A stretch of 64,000 nt of DNA from contig CBDIID010000003.1 in NCBI GenBank assembly GCA_965279515.1, positions 2,016,001-2,080,000 of the forward strand, given 5' to 3'. The translations under genes were made by a program, and so were the position numbers. The DNA is from Turneriella sp. GTDB lineage: Bacteria; Spirochaetota; Leptospiria; Turneriellales; Turneriellaceae. Positions 38,301 to 47,681 of the stretch are shown piece by piece. Under the pieces are notes generated by a model. That model saw only the letters and a program-made list of their open reading frames with translations, ran no database searches and was not told where the DNA came from. How positions within the stretch are numbered: position 1 is the first letter of the stretch; every line of letters starts with the position of its first letter.

Positions 38301-38975
38301 ATGCGCCTGCGCAACTTTTCACTGCCCGTTTTTTTCATGGCCTTAACGCCACTCGTTGCTGCGCAATACCCGTCAGAGCCGGTCGTACCCACGGTTGCCG
38401 AACCCCAGGTTGAGGGTGCGACAAAGCCGACCCGCGGCAAGAAGACCACAACGCCTGTGAAATCTGTTCCGCTCGCGCAGATGCGCCTGCGGATTCACCT
38501 CGGTGACAAAAGTGTTCTTATCGCAGAGGCAGCTCTGCCCGCCACGTATTCGTTTACACACAAGAAAGGAAATATCCAGTACAACCAGACAATACGCGCG
38601 GAAGATATACGCGAGCTGATGGTTGAAAGTTACCGCGCACACAAAATCGCCGCAGAAAAAGATGGCGAGGTTTTTGAATTTGAGCCCGCGCAGGTACGCA
38701 TCGAACTCAAGGACGGCCAGGTATTCAAACTGCAATACCTTTTTAAAGAACTGCGCAAGATTCGCGCGAAAAATGCCGACGGCAATTTCAGCGTGTTCGC
38801 TTTTTTCGCCGACACCTACAAACAGAAATCGGGCTGGCAAGAGCGCCCGGGCGACAGTTTCACGATGGTCACGCGCCGGGGACACCCTGCGGCGTTCTCA
38901 AAACTCGAATACTTTGAACCCGTCGACAAAGCCGGCAGCGGCGATGCGCAGGAAAAAGAACCCGGTCACAAATGA
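38301..38975 (+). CDS. Hypothetical exported protein
   Basis: Signal peptide from ATG 38301. ATGA overlap with the glycosyltransferase. Confidence 0.7.
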   Translation: MRLRNFSLPVFFMALTPLVAAQYPSEPVVPTVAEPQVEGATKPTRGKKTTTPVKSVPLAQMRLRIHLGDKSVLIAEAALPATYSFTHKKGNIQYNQTIRAEDIRELMVESYRAHKIAAEKDGEVFEFEPAQVRIELKDGQVFKLQYLFKELRKIRAKNADGNFSVFAFFADTYKQKSGWQERPGDSFTMVTRRGHPAAFSKLEYFEPVDKAGSGDAQEKEPGHK

Positions 38976-40105
38976 TCGCCCACCTGATGACCTCGGTTTC
39001 GCACGGAGGGCTCGAGCTCTATGTGCGGGAACTCATTTTGAAACTGAACACCGCAGGCCTCAGCCAGGTCGTGATACTCGACGCGAATTCATTTATGGTC
39101 GAAGACTTGCGCGCCCGAAATATACCCGTCGAATTCCTGAAGGGTGGTTCCCGCTACAGTCTTTTCCGCATGGCACGCCTCAGGAAAATCCACCGGCACT
39201 ATGCGGTTCAGATCTGGCAAAGCCACCAGCGCGACGACATGATGGTGGTTGCTTTCGCGTTCTTCTTCAAAAAGATCAGGCACATCTTCAGCCTCTACAT
39301 GGGCTTCGCGAAAAAACGGGACCTGCTACACCGTCTCGTGTATTCACGTATCGAAAAACTAGTCACCACTTCAGAGCTGATGAACGCGCTTGCACTCGAA
39401 CGCCTGCCGGTAAGAGGTGACCAGATTGCCTGCATACGTTATGGCCGTGAAACCGCGGCATTCGAAGTGCCGGCGGCGAAGGTGAAGGCAGTGCGCAAAA
39501 TTGTCGGGGCAAAGCCCGGGCAGAAAATTGTTCTCTCACTGTGCCGCCTCGACCCGATGAAGGGTGTGCGCGAATTTGCCGACGCAGCAAAACTCATCGC
39601 CAAACAACTGCACAATAAATTCATTTTTGTACAAATCGGCGAACGCACAATTCTGGAATTCGACGCGCAGAACCATCCCGTCTACCGGCCCGAGTCTGAG
39701 GCGGTTTTTCAGTATCTGCGCGCGCTGGAAGAGAACCAGCACGGCGGATGCCGCTACGTTCTGTTGCCGTTTCAGAAAGACTTTGTTCCCTACCTCGAAG
39801 CCGCCGATTATTTTGTACTTGCGAGCTACGACGAAATGTATTCGCTTTCGCTGATCGACGCCATGATGGCGCAATGCCTGATTATCGGTACGAATAACGG
39901 CGGTACGACGGAACAACTAGCGGAAAACCGGGGCATGCTGATCGAAACGAAGAGCGCCGCCGCCATCAGCGAAGCCATCGCCCTCGCCGGGGGAAATCCC
40001 ACTGCCGGTAAAAAAATGCAAAGGGCAGCCTATAATTGGGTCATGCGGGAGCATAGCTGGAAAAATGTGCTGCCACAGTGGCTGAAGCTTTACAATCTGA
40101 GATAG
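38972..40105 (+). CDS. Glycosyltransferase family 4 (GT-B)
   Basis: GGLE, RL...KG, S..E.YSLSLIDAM, GG..E motifs. Confidence 0.88.
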   Translation: MIAHLMTSVSHGGLELYVRELILKLNTAGLSQVVILDANSFMVEDLRARNIPVEFLKGGSRYSLFRMARLRKIHRHYAVQIWQSHQRDDMMVVAFAFFFKKIRHIFSLYMGFAKKRDLLHRLVYSRIEKLVTTSELMNALALERLPVRGDQIACIRYGRETAAFEVPAAKVKAVRKIVGAKPGQKIVLSLCRLDPMKGVREFADAAKLIAKQLHNKFIFVQIGERTILEFDAQNHPVYRPESEAVFQYLRALEENQHGGCRYVLLPFQKDFVPYLEAADYFVLASYDEMYSLSLIDAMMAQCLIIGTNNGGTTEQLAENRGMLIETKSAAAISEAIALAGGNPTAGKKMQRAAYNWVMREHSWKNVLPQWLKLYNLR

Positions 40106-40129
40106 CCGCCCAATTTGCCCCCCGGCAGT

Positions 40130-41419
40130 ATGCGTTTTAGCTCGAAAGTTTTTATATTTCTGGTACCCGGTTTTATGGCAGGGGCATGCCATAAAACGAC
40201 CAGCCCCCTCAAACAACGGCTGTCGCATCTCGATAAGATCGTCGACCCTTACATTAAAGAAGAGAAAGTCGCAGGTTTTGTCGGTTTGATTCTGCACGAC
40301 GGCGAACCCGTCTATGAGCGCGCTGCAGGCTGGGCCGACCGTGAAGCAAAAAGGCCCATGCAGACAGATACAATTTTCCGTATCGCATCGCTGACCAAGG
40401 CAATGACCACTGCAGCGGCGCTGATGCTCGTCGAAGAAGGTAAGCTGAACCTCGACGACCCGCTGGGAAAATACGTTCCATCTTTTTATTACGTGAAGGT
40501 CGCTCAAAAAGATGAAACGGTGCCGCCTGACCCGGTAACGAAAAAGAATACCATGAAGCTCGAGCGGCCGCACCGCCAGATCACGATCAGGCAACTGCTC
40601 GATCATACCGCGGGCCTCTCTTATGGCATGCACCGCGATCTGCAGGACGAATTTAAAAAGGTGAATCTCGGCATCGGCGGTCTGCCGGGTTGGTACCTCG
40701 CCGGCAGCCCTGACACCATCTGCCGCACTGCATACAAGCTCGGCAAAACGCCGCTCGTCACACACCCCGGCAATGCCTGGGTTTATGGTTACAGCACAGA
40801 CGTATTAGGCTGCGTCATAGAAAAAGTCTCGGGCATGAAGCTCGATGAATTTCTCCGGAAACGTATCACCGAAAAGCTCGGCATGGTCGACACGCATTTT
40901 TACCTGCCTAAGGAAAAAAAAGACCGCCTCGCCGTGCTCTATGGCAGCAACGGCGGTGGTAAGGTATCACGCTCGCCGTACCAGGGTGCTTACGTCGACG
41001 GGCCACGGATGAATTTCAGCGGCGGCGCTGGCCTGCTCTCCACAATCCGCGATTATGCACGTTTTATCGAGATGATACGCAACGACGGCGAATACGAGGG
41101 TGTGCGCTATCTCAAAGCCGAATCCGTAAAACTCATGACAACGAACCAGGTGGGCGAACGCTACGGCAACAAAGGTTATGGCTTCAGTTATGGCTTCGAG
41201 GTCGTCGACCGTTCGTATGAAATGCCCTATGGCGAAGTTTCGTATGGCTGGTTCGGCGCCTATGGCCCTTACCTGCGTGTCTATCCGCGCGAAAAGATCG
41301 TGATGATACAGATGACGCAGCTTTTCCCCAACGGTGCTGACATGCGCGAAAAAATTATCGCCGAGGTGCAGGTCGCCGCAGCCGAACACCATCGCGGAAC
41401 TCCCGTCTCCAGCCGATAA
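40130..41419 (+). CDS. Serine hydrolase (beta-lactamase class C-like), lipoprotein
   Basis: FRIASLTK (SxxK), LL.HTAG, W.YG.S.D, GGAGL.ST. Lipobox-like AGAC. Confidence 0.9.
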   Translation: MRFSSKVFIFLVPGFMAGACHKTTSPLKQRLSHLDKIVDPYIKEEKVAGFVGLILHDGEPVYERAAGWADREAKRPMQTDTIFRIASLTKAMTTAAALMLVEEGKLNLDDPLGKYVPSFYYVKVAQKDETVPPDPVTKKNTMKLERPHRQITIRQLLDHTAGLSYGMHRDLQDEFKKVNLGIGGLPGWYLAGSPDTICRTAYKLGKTPLVTHPGNAWVYGYSTDVLGCVIEKVSGMKLDEFLRKRITEKLGMVDTHFYLPKEKKDRLAVLYGSNGGGKVSRSPYQGAYVDGPRMNFSGGAGLLSTIRDYARFIEMIRNDGEYEGVRYLKAESVKLMTTNQVGERYGNKGYGFSYGFEVVDRSYEMPYGEVSYGWFGAYGPYLRVYPREKIVMIQMTQLFPNGADMREKIIAEVQVAAAEHHRGTPVSSR

Positions 41420-41426
41420 TCGCATC

Positions 41427-42671
41427 ATGCGCATCCTGTTTTTTTCCATTACCGCGCTGGCGCTCGGCTGTAGCGACCCGTTCAGGCAGCGGCTGTTACG
41501 CATCGACGCCGCGATCGATCCGTTTGTTGCGGAAGGTAAGGTACCAGGCTTCGTGGCTCTGGTGTTGCGTGACGGGCGCCCCGTCTACGAACGCGCTGTA
41601 GGTTGGGCCGACCGGGAAGCAAAAAAACCGATGCAGATGGATACCATCTTTCGCGTGGCCTCGCATACGAAGGCGCTCACCACCGTCGCCGCGCTGATGC
41701 TGATCGAAGAAGGCAAACTTTCTCCCGATACCCGGGTCGGTAAATATCTACCCTCATTCTATTACACCCGCGTCGCCGAACCCATACCGGGCGCGCCGCC
41801 CATACCCGATAAGCCGGGCAAACACCAGACGCGCCTGGTAGGCCTGCACCGCCCGATCACCGTCCACCATCTCTTGACACACACCTCGGGCATTACCTAT
41901 GGCGGTCACCCCGATATTGCCGACCAGTACAAGCAGGCAGGCTTCGGTGGCGCGATGGGGCATGCATGGAACGTCGCCAGCCGTTACGATACGATCTGCG
42001 AAGCGGCGATGAAGATCGGCGGATTACCCCTGCTCGCGCAGCCCGGCACGCGCTGGATGTACGGCTACAGCACAGATGTTTTGGCATGCATCGTCGAAAA
42101 AGTTTCGGGGATGAAACTCGACGAATTTTTTCGCACGCGCATCATCGATAAACTGGCCATGAAAGATACCGCCTTCGACGTACCCGCGGAAAAATCCGGT
42201 CGTCTCGCGGTGCAATACGACCGCGTGAAAGGCGAACTGAAGCGCTCTGCGTTTCAGGGCAACTACACGAAGGGAACCCCGCGTAATTTTTCGGGTGGTG
42301 CGGGCCTCGTTTCCACCGTGCATGATTACGCACGTTTTCTCGAAATGATTCGCCGCGAAGGAACCTATGAAGGCGAACAGTTTCTGAAGCCGGCATCTGT
42401 ACATCTCATGACGACCAACCAGGTCGGTGAACGTTATGAAATTGGCGGCGCGGGTTTTGGTTATGGTTTTGAAATCGCCGGCCCCGTCACGGTCGAATAC
42501 CCGCAGCCCGAGGGCGCGTATGGCTGGTATGGAATCCTGGGAACCTTCTACCGTGTTTATCCTAAAGAGCGGCTGGTGATTCTGCTCTATACGCAGCTGT
42601 TTCCGCGCGACGCTGACCTCAGATCGCGCTTTCTGGCTGAAATCGACGCAGCTTTAAAACAGACGGATTAA
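41427..42671 (+). CDS. Serine hydrolase (beta-lactamase class C-like), lipoprotein; paralogue of the previous gene
   Basis: FRVASHTK, LLTHTSG, WMYGYSTD. Lipobox ALGC. Confidence 0.9.
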   Translation: MRILFFSITALALGCSDPFRQRLLRIDAAIDPFVAEGKVPGFVALVLRDGRPVYERAVGWADREAKKPMQMDTIFRVASHTKALTTVAALMLIEEGKLSPDTRVGKYLPSFYYTRVAEPIPGAPPIPDKPGKHQTRLVGLHRPITVHHLLTHTSGITYGGHPDIADQYKQAGFGGAMGHAWNVASRYDTICEAAMKIGGLPLLAQPGTRWMYGYSTDVLACIVEKVSGMKLDEFFRTRIIDKLAMKDTAFDVPAEKSGRLAVQYDRVKGELKRSAFQGNYTKGTPRNFSGGAGLVSTVHDYARFLEMIRREGTYEGEQFLKPASVHLMTTNQVGERYEIGGAGFGYGFEIAGPVTVEYPQPEGAYGWYGILGTFYRVYPKERLVILLYTQLFPRDADLRSRFLAEIDAALKQTD

Positions 42672-42715
42672 TTCCGGTAAGGCTTCCCGCCGGATCGCAC
42701 CGCGGAAAAAGAGTT

Positions 42716-43726
42716 ATGCGCTACCTTGTTTCAGGGCTATTGCTTTTATGCCAGTGCAGCGGCGGCAAAGTGAGGCCACCCGCTGCCGACGATTACGTCA
42801 TCGCCTTTTCTTCGTGCCTGAACCAGTACCAGGATACCAGCATCTGGGACCGCATCCGGGAACAGAACCCCGCGCTGTTTTTATTCATGGGTGATACCAT
42901 CTATGCGGATACGCATAATATGGCCGTTAAAAGGCAGGCCTTTGCGAAGCTCAACGCTGACAAACATTACCGCGAGTTTAAAAAGAACTCGCGTATTCTC
43001 GCCGTCTGGGATGACCACGACTACGGCCTCAACGACGCCGGTGGAAGTTATGGCGAAAAACGCCAGATGCAGAAAATTTTTCTCGATGCCTTCGACGAAC
43101 CCAAAGATTCACCGCGCCGCACGCAGGAAGGCATTTACACAGCAGAAGAACTGAACATCAACGGAAAGATCGTACAGATTCTGGTTGTGGATGTCCGCTA
43201 TTTCAGGACCAGTTGGACGTATGGGCCCAAGGACCCGCCCTACTCCCGCACCTATACCGAAGACGACAGGGAGGCATCCACCATGCTGGGCGAAGCGCAG
43301 TGGCAGTGGCTGCGCGAACAGACCAGGCGCAAGGCCGACCTGCGCCTCTTTGTCACCTCGACACCCGCGCTCTCAGACGACTACAAGGGCGAGCGTTGGG
43401 GAGCTTTTCCCAGGGAGCGCGCCCGTCTTTTTGAGACCATGGCGGCCACGAGCGGCAAATGGGTTATCATCACCGGCGACCGTCATTTTGCGCAGGTATC
43501 GAAGCGAAACGATATTCTGAATTATCCGCTGGTCGAGCTTTTGGCCAGCGGCATGAATACGGTCTGGGAAGACGGCGCGAAAGAGGCGGATCGCTACCGT
43601 GAGGGTGAGACGCTGGCCGATTACAATTTCGGCGTGCTGCGCATCAACGGCCAAAAGGGTTCCCTGCGCTATGCGCTGCACGCCGGTGACGGGCGCGAGT
43701 GGAAGACGGGCGAAATCGATTTCTAA
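42716..43726 (+). CDS. phoD: Alkaline phosphatase D family protein
   Basis: F.SC, GD.IYAD, WDDHD, D.RY.R, MLGE.QW.WL, GDRH motifs. Confidence 0.9.
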   Translation: MRYLVSGLLLLCQCSGGKVRPPAADDYVIAFSSCLNQYQDTSIWDRIREQNPALFLFMGDTIYADTHNMAVKRQAFAKLNADKHYREFKKNSRILAVWDDHDYGLNDAGGSYGEKRQMQKIFLDAFDEPKDSPRRTQEGIYTAEELNINGKIVQILVVDVRYFRTSWTYGPKDPPYSRTYTEDDREASTMLGEAQWQWLREQTRRKADLRLFVTSTPALSDDYKGERWGAFPRERARLFETMAATSGKWVIITGDRHFAQVSKRNDILNYPLVELLASGMNTVWEDGAKEADRYREGETLADYNFGVLRINGQKGSLRYALHAGDGREWKTGEIDF

Positions 43727-43735
43727 GTCAGCCCC

Positions 43736-44545
43736 ATGCGCATTCTGCTTCTGACCTGCTGCATCTCCATCTTATCTTGCGGTAAGAAACCCGCGACCCT
43801 GACTGAACTCTTTGCCGGCAAAGACGGCTGTATCTTAGTGATGAATGCAAAATCCGGCGCATTCGAACACACCTGGAATGCTGAGCGTTGCCGTGTGCGT
43901 TTTCCCGCATGCTCAACCTTCAAGGTGCCACTTGCGCTCATGGCATTCGATGCCGGGGTTTTGAAAGACGAAAAACAGGTTTTGAAATGGGATGGAACAA
44001 AGCGCATGCTCGATGCGTGGAACCGCGACCACAATGCGGCGACGTGGATGCAGGAATCGGTCGTCTGGTTCTCACAGCGCCTGACACCGATGTTGGGAGA
44101 GCCGCGCGTGAAAAAATACCTGCACGATTTCCACTACGGTAACGAAGATTTGTCCGGCGGCCTCACCGATGCCTGGCTACATTCTCCCGATTCGGGAAAG
44201 ACCGCCCTGAGTATCTCGGCCTATGAACAGGTCGATTTTATGCGTGCATTCTGGAAAAATCGCCTGCAGGTAAGCCCTGCCGCCGTAGCCTTAACGAAGC
44301 AGATTACCTTTCTGGAGAAATCACCGAAGGGATACCTGTTCAGCGGCAAGACGGGATCGAACTTTTACGGCGCGGATAAAAAGAAGCGACTAGGCTGGTT
44401 TATCGGACATCTGGAAAAGGACGATGAGGAATACATCGTCGTCACCAACTTCAGCGACACGGAAACTCCCTCAGAAACAATGTTCGGCGGAAAAAAAGCC
44501 AAAGAGATTACCAAGGCATTCCTCGAGTCTATCCGCCTGTGGTAA
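43736..44545 (+). CDS. Class D beta-lactamase-like protein, lipoprotein
   Basis: STFK, SVV, YGN, KTG, GWF.G motifs. Lipobox ILSC. Confidence 0.9.
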   Translation: MRILLLTCCISILSCGKKPATLTELFAGKDGCILVMNAKSGAFEHTWNAERCRVRFPACSTFKVPLALMAFDAGVLKDEKQVLKWDGTKRMLDAWNRDHNAATWMQESVVWFSQRLTPMLGEPRVKKYLHDFHYGNEDLSGGLTDAWLHSPDSGKTALSISAYEQVDFMRAFWKNRLQVSPAAVALTKQITFLEKSPKGYLFSGKTGSNFYGADKKKRLGWFIGHLEKDDEEYIVVTNFSDTETPSETMFGGKKAKEITKAFLESIRLW

Positions 44546-44546
44546 C

Positions 44547-44882
44547 TTAGGTTGCGCGCAGCTTGCGGATAGCCTCGTCGCGCGAGGCGACAAAGAAGAT
44601 ATTGCCGCGTTTGTTGCTTTCGTAGATAAAGTCACGCAGGCTCTTGCTTTCCGGATTCGCAAAATCTCCGATCACCGCTATGCGGCGGCGGTAGTTGACG
44701 AGTTTCTGAACGACATCTCCGGCCACACCTGTCGAGAGGTCGAAGAAGGCAGGTGCAAGATTCTTCTGCGCGAGAATAATATTATCCTCCTCATAACTAT
44801 AGATCAGCCCCAGCACATCGGCGCCGTTTGAAACCAGGATTTCATCGGATGCAACTTCGGCAATCCCCGGTTCAGTCGGCAT
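44547..44882 (-). CDS. DUF4180-domain protein
   Basis: FFDLSTG.AG...QK..NY...A..GDF....SL.DFIYESN.G signature. Confidence 0.85.
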   Translation of the reverse strand: MPTEPGIAEVASDEILVSNGADVLGLIYSYEEDNIILAQKNLAPAFFDLSTGVAGDVVQKLVNYRRRIAVIGDFANPESKSLRDFIYESNKRGNIFFVASRDEAIRKLRAT

Positions 44883-45768
44883 TGTTATACTGTGCTATAA
44901 AAGTAATAAACCGCATCGCTTCGATGATATCCTTGCCGATAAAACGAATCGTCGCACCGTCGATGCGCTCGACGATCGGCAGCAGCGAAAGAATCTCGGC
45001 GTTCAGCATATTCTTAAAGGCAATTTCGAGTTTCACCGGTTTAGCCAGCGTATACGGCTTGAAATCCCCGAGGCGCATCAGCGCCGCCTTGGTCTGCGCC
45101 GCAATGAGGGCCCGCGCCGCCTGGGGCGAAATGTTATCGGCAGAATGGTAGCCAATCGCGCGTTTCACAACCACGCCGGCAATCTTCGGATCGATCGTTT
45201 TCTGAATTTCTTCGACCGCCTTGTCGTCGCCCGAGACCAGTACCACGGGCACACCATAATGCCCTGCCATCGCCGCACTCAGCATCGCTTCGCTTGCATG
45301 TTTGCCGTTGAGGCGCATGTCATAAAAGCGCTTCGACGACATCGTGTGCGCGCGCACCGCGCCGGGCGTACCGATCGAAGCATGATAACCCAGGAGAATC
45401 GCCGCGTCGAAGCCGCCATCGATGCCATCCATCATTTCGAGCGGGCGTGGCCATGAACGGATAAGCCGCACTTTCGGATTTAATTCTTCGGGCAAAAGCG
45501 AAAGTCCATTGCCATGCGAATCTGAAACCGTGATCTTTGTCGCTCCCGCAGCGAATGCGCCTTCGATGCAGGCATTGGCTTCGGCAGTCATCAGGCGACG
45601 GAATTTTTCGTATTCGAATTCACCCGGCGCGAGCTGTGCGCCGTTGACAACGCCGGCGATCCCTTCCATGTCGACAGAGATGAAGACGCGTAACTCCTTT
45701 GCCTGCAATGATGAAACCGGAATTATGCACAGATAGAAAGCAGCGAGGGGCAAAAATAGGATTTTCAT
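44872..45768 (-). CDS. M55-family D-aminopeptidase (DppA-like), exported
   Basis: SVDMEG, DSHG, GYH, HT motifs. Signal peptide from ATG 45768. Confidence 0.9.
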   Translation of the reverse strand: MKILFLPLAAFYLCIIPVSSLQAKELRVFISVDMEGIAGVVNGAQLAPGEFEYEKFRRLMTAEANACIEGAFAAGATKITVSDSHGNGLSLLPEELNPKVRLIRSWPRPLEMMDGIDGGFDAAILLGYHASIGTPGAVRAHTMSSKRFYDMRLNGKHASEAMLSAAMAGHYGVPVVLVSGDDKAVEEIQKTIDPKIAGVVVKRAIGYHSADNISPQAARALIAAQTKAALMRLGDFKPYTLAKPVKLEIAFKNMLNAEILSLLPIVERIDGATIRFIGKDIIEAMRFITFIAQYNNAD

Positions 45769-45845
45769 CCCGTTAACCATGAGGGTTTTCAGCGCATACA
45801 AGAACATAAACGTCAGCGCAATATACCAAGCTCCGCTGTAAACCG

Positions 45846-46601
45846 ATGTACACCTTTGACATGAGAATCATAATGCCGCTGAGTATGCGATCCAATCCCG
45901 TAACCCTTTCAGAAAAAATTATCGAGGTTGCAAACAAGACCATCGCCGCCGAAGATCGCCTGATTGTGAAAGCTTATGGTTTTATTCCCGTCACCGAATT
46001 TTTCATGCGCGATTTCATCAAGAAGATACTCACTAAATTCAAACGCCCCGAACTCGCATCGGCCGTTTCGATGCTCATCAAAGAGCTCACGGTGAATGCC
46101 GCAAAGGCGAATTTTAAAAAACTTTTATTTCTCGAGAACAGCATCGACGTTGAAAACCCGACGGATTACGAACGCGGCATGAAACTTTTCCGTGAGGCTA
46201 TCACCGATACGATGCCCTTCGAATACGGCGCGAAGGCGAAACAGGCCAGCCTCAACGTGCAGACGTCCTTTGATTTTGACGCCGACCGCATCATCATCGA
46301 GGTCAGAAATAACCTGCCGATGTCTGAGATCGAAGAGACCCGCGTGCGCGAAAAACTGCGCCAGGCGATGGAATGCGAAGATATTGCAGATTTTATGATG
46401 GAAAATGTCGACGAAACCGAAGGTGCGGGTCTCGGTATTATCCTGAGTCTTATGGCGCTCAAATCTTCTTCCATCGACCCACATGCCTTGACGATATCCA
46501 CCGACTTCAAAAATGAAACGATTGCCCGCGTAGAGATTCCGCTTACCGGCAGCTATAAGCCGAACACGCGGCGCGCACACGACGCCACGGTCGCGAGCTG
46601 A
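45846..46601 (+). CDS. Stand-alone histidine-kinase-like ATPase (GHKL) protein
   Basis: N-box KEL..NA.KAN and EGAGLG box, no H-box. Start uncertain (45846-45885). Confidence 0.75.
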   Translation: MYTFDMRIIMPLSMRSNPVTLSEKIIEVANKTIAAEDRLIVKAYGFIPVTEFFMRDFIKKILTKFKRPELASAVSMLIKELTVNAAKANFKKLLFLENSIDVENPTDYERGMKLFREAITDTMPFEYGAKAKQASLNVQTSFDFDADRIIIEVRNNLPMSEIEETRVREKLRQAMECEDIADFMMENVDETEGAGLGIILSLMALKSSSIDPHALTISTDFKNETIARVEIPLTGSYKPNTRRAHDATVAS

Positions 46602-46625
46602 TAGGTCTATACTTCGCAGCCGCTT

Positions 46626-47210
46626 TCAGGCTGCGGTGTGCATTAAATCCCAAATTTGCATGGGCGATAACCCGATTTTGTAGATAATTTCTGTTTTTTG
46701 CGAATATTCGAGATTGGCCACCCGATTATGGTGTGTCTTACATCCATAGTTAATGAAAAAGTCAGAATACTTGCGCCCTCTCTTGTCATAACGAGCCGCC
46801 CAATATTTAGCATTTAAGGGCCTGGGGGTAGCTGGGTGCGACGCGCGCAAAAGCTCCTCGACAAGCCGAGGCAAATAAACCCGAATCGCCACATCCAACA
46901 TGCGCGAAACAGACTCACCCGAATGGAGCGCACGCTGCCAAAGCGCCGCATAAAGCACCTGATTGATATACAGCGGGTGAATTTCATAAGCTTTCCCACC
47001 AGCATTATAGCGGCGCAGGCCGTTGGATTTCTTCCCGCTCCCCCGCCAGTTCTTCAGGAATAGCTTCAGGAGATGACGATAGATTTCTTGTTCCGAAAAC
47101 TGAATACCATTCCTGGCAAAGATCTTCCTGGCCGCGCATAAGCGACGATATGAGTGAGCCGGCAGGGAAACAGATGTTTTCCGATGCGTTAAGGGATGGA
47201 TGTTTTTCAA
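46626..47210 (-). CDS. DUF1564-like (Leptospiraceae) hypothetical protein
   Basis: RRYN...Y.I..LY....Y..LW..A...G.SVSR..D.AIR.Y pattern, recognised from memory. Confidence 0.65.
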   Translation of the reverse strand: MKNIHPLTHRKTSVSLPAHSYRRLCAARKIFARNGIQFSEQEIYRHLLKLFLKNWRGSGKKSNGLRRYNAGGKAYEIHPLYINQVLYAALWQRALHSGESVSRMLDVAIRVYLPRLVEELLRASHPATPRPLNAKYWAARYDKRGRKYSDFFINYGCKTHHNRVANLEYSQKTEIIYKIGLSPMQIWDLMHTAA

Positions 47211-47349
47211 ATATGCCTCTATAGCTAAATACCAGAATCCTCCGTTTTTTTCTCACTTTCAATAACTGATCCAAAATTTCTCATTGGTAGCAAGCGAACA
47301 CATCAGCCACTTCTCCTTGACACGGCCTCTTTGCCTCTGATTTAGATTT

Positions 47350-47673
47350 ATGGCTGAAAGACACGAAGGTACTGTAATCTCTGACGACATGATTTTTCGC
47401 GGTACCGTCGAAACAGACCACGCGGTGACCGTCGAAGGCAAACTTTCAGGCACCCTCATCGCCCGCGGCAAGGTGAGCATCGTCACCGGCGCGGAAGTCA
47501 CGGCCAATGTTAGTGCCCGCGAGCTCGATCTCGAAGGCATGCTGCAAGGTAACGTCCTCCATGCAGACACGGTTGTGCTGCATAGCGCGGCGCGCCTCAC
47601 CGGCGACATCAGCTGCGCGCAGCTTGAAATACAGCGCGGCGCCAAGCACACCGGCACCACGGTAATGAAATAA
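47350..47673 (+). CDS. Bactofilin (polymer-forming cytoskeletal protein)
   Basis: TVI....F.G...V.G...G beta-helix repeats and GDI....L.I..GA...G. Confidence 0.88.
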   Translation: MAERHEGTVISDDMIFRGTVETDHAVTVEGKLSGTLIARGKVSIVTGAEVTANVSARELDLEGMLQGNVLHADTVVLHSAARLTGDISCAQLEIQRGAKHTGTTVMK

Positions 47674-47681
47674 GGTCAACT

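Noticed and set aside
47317..47348. Sigma70 promoter before the bactofilin gene
   Set aside because: A perfect TTGACA is present but there is no convincing -10 at 16-18 nt spacing.
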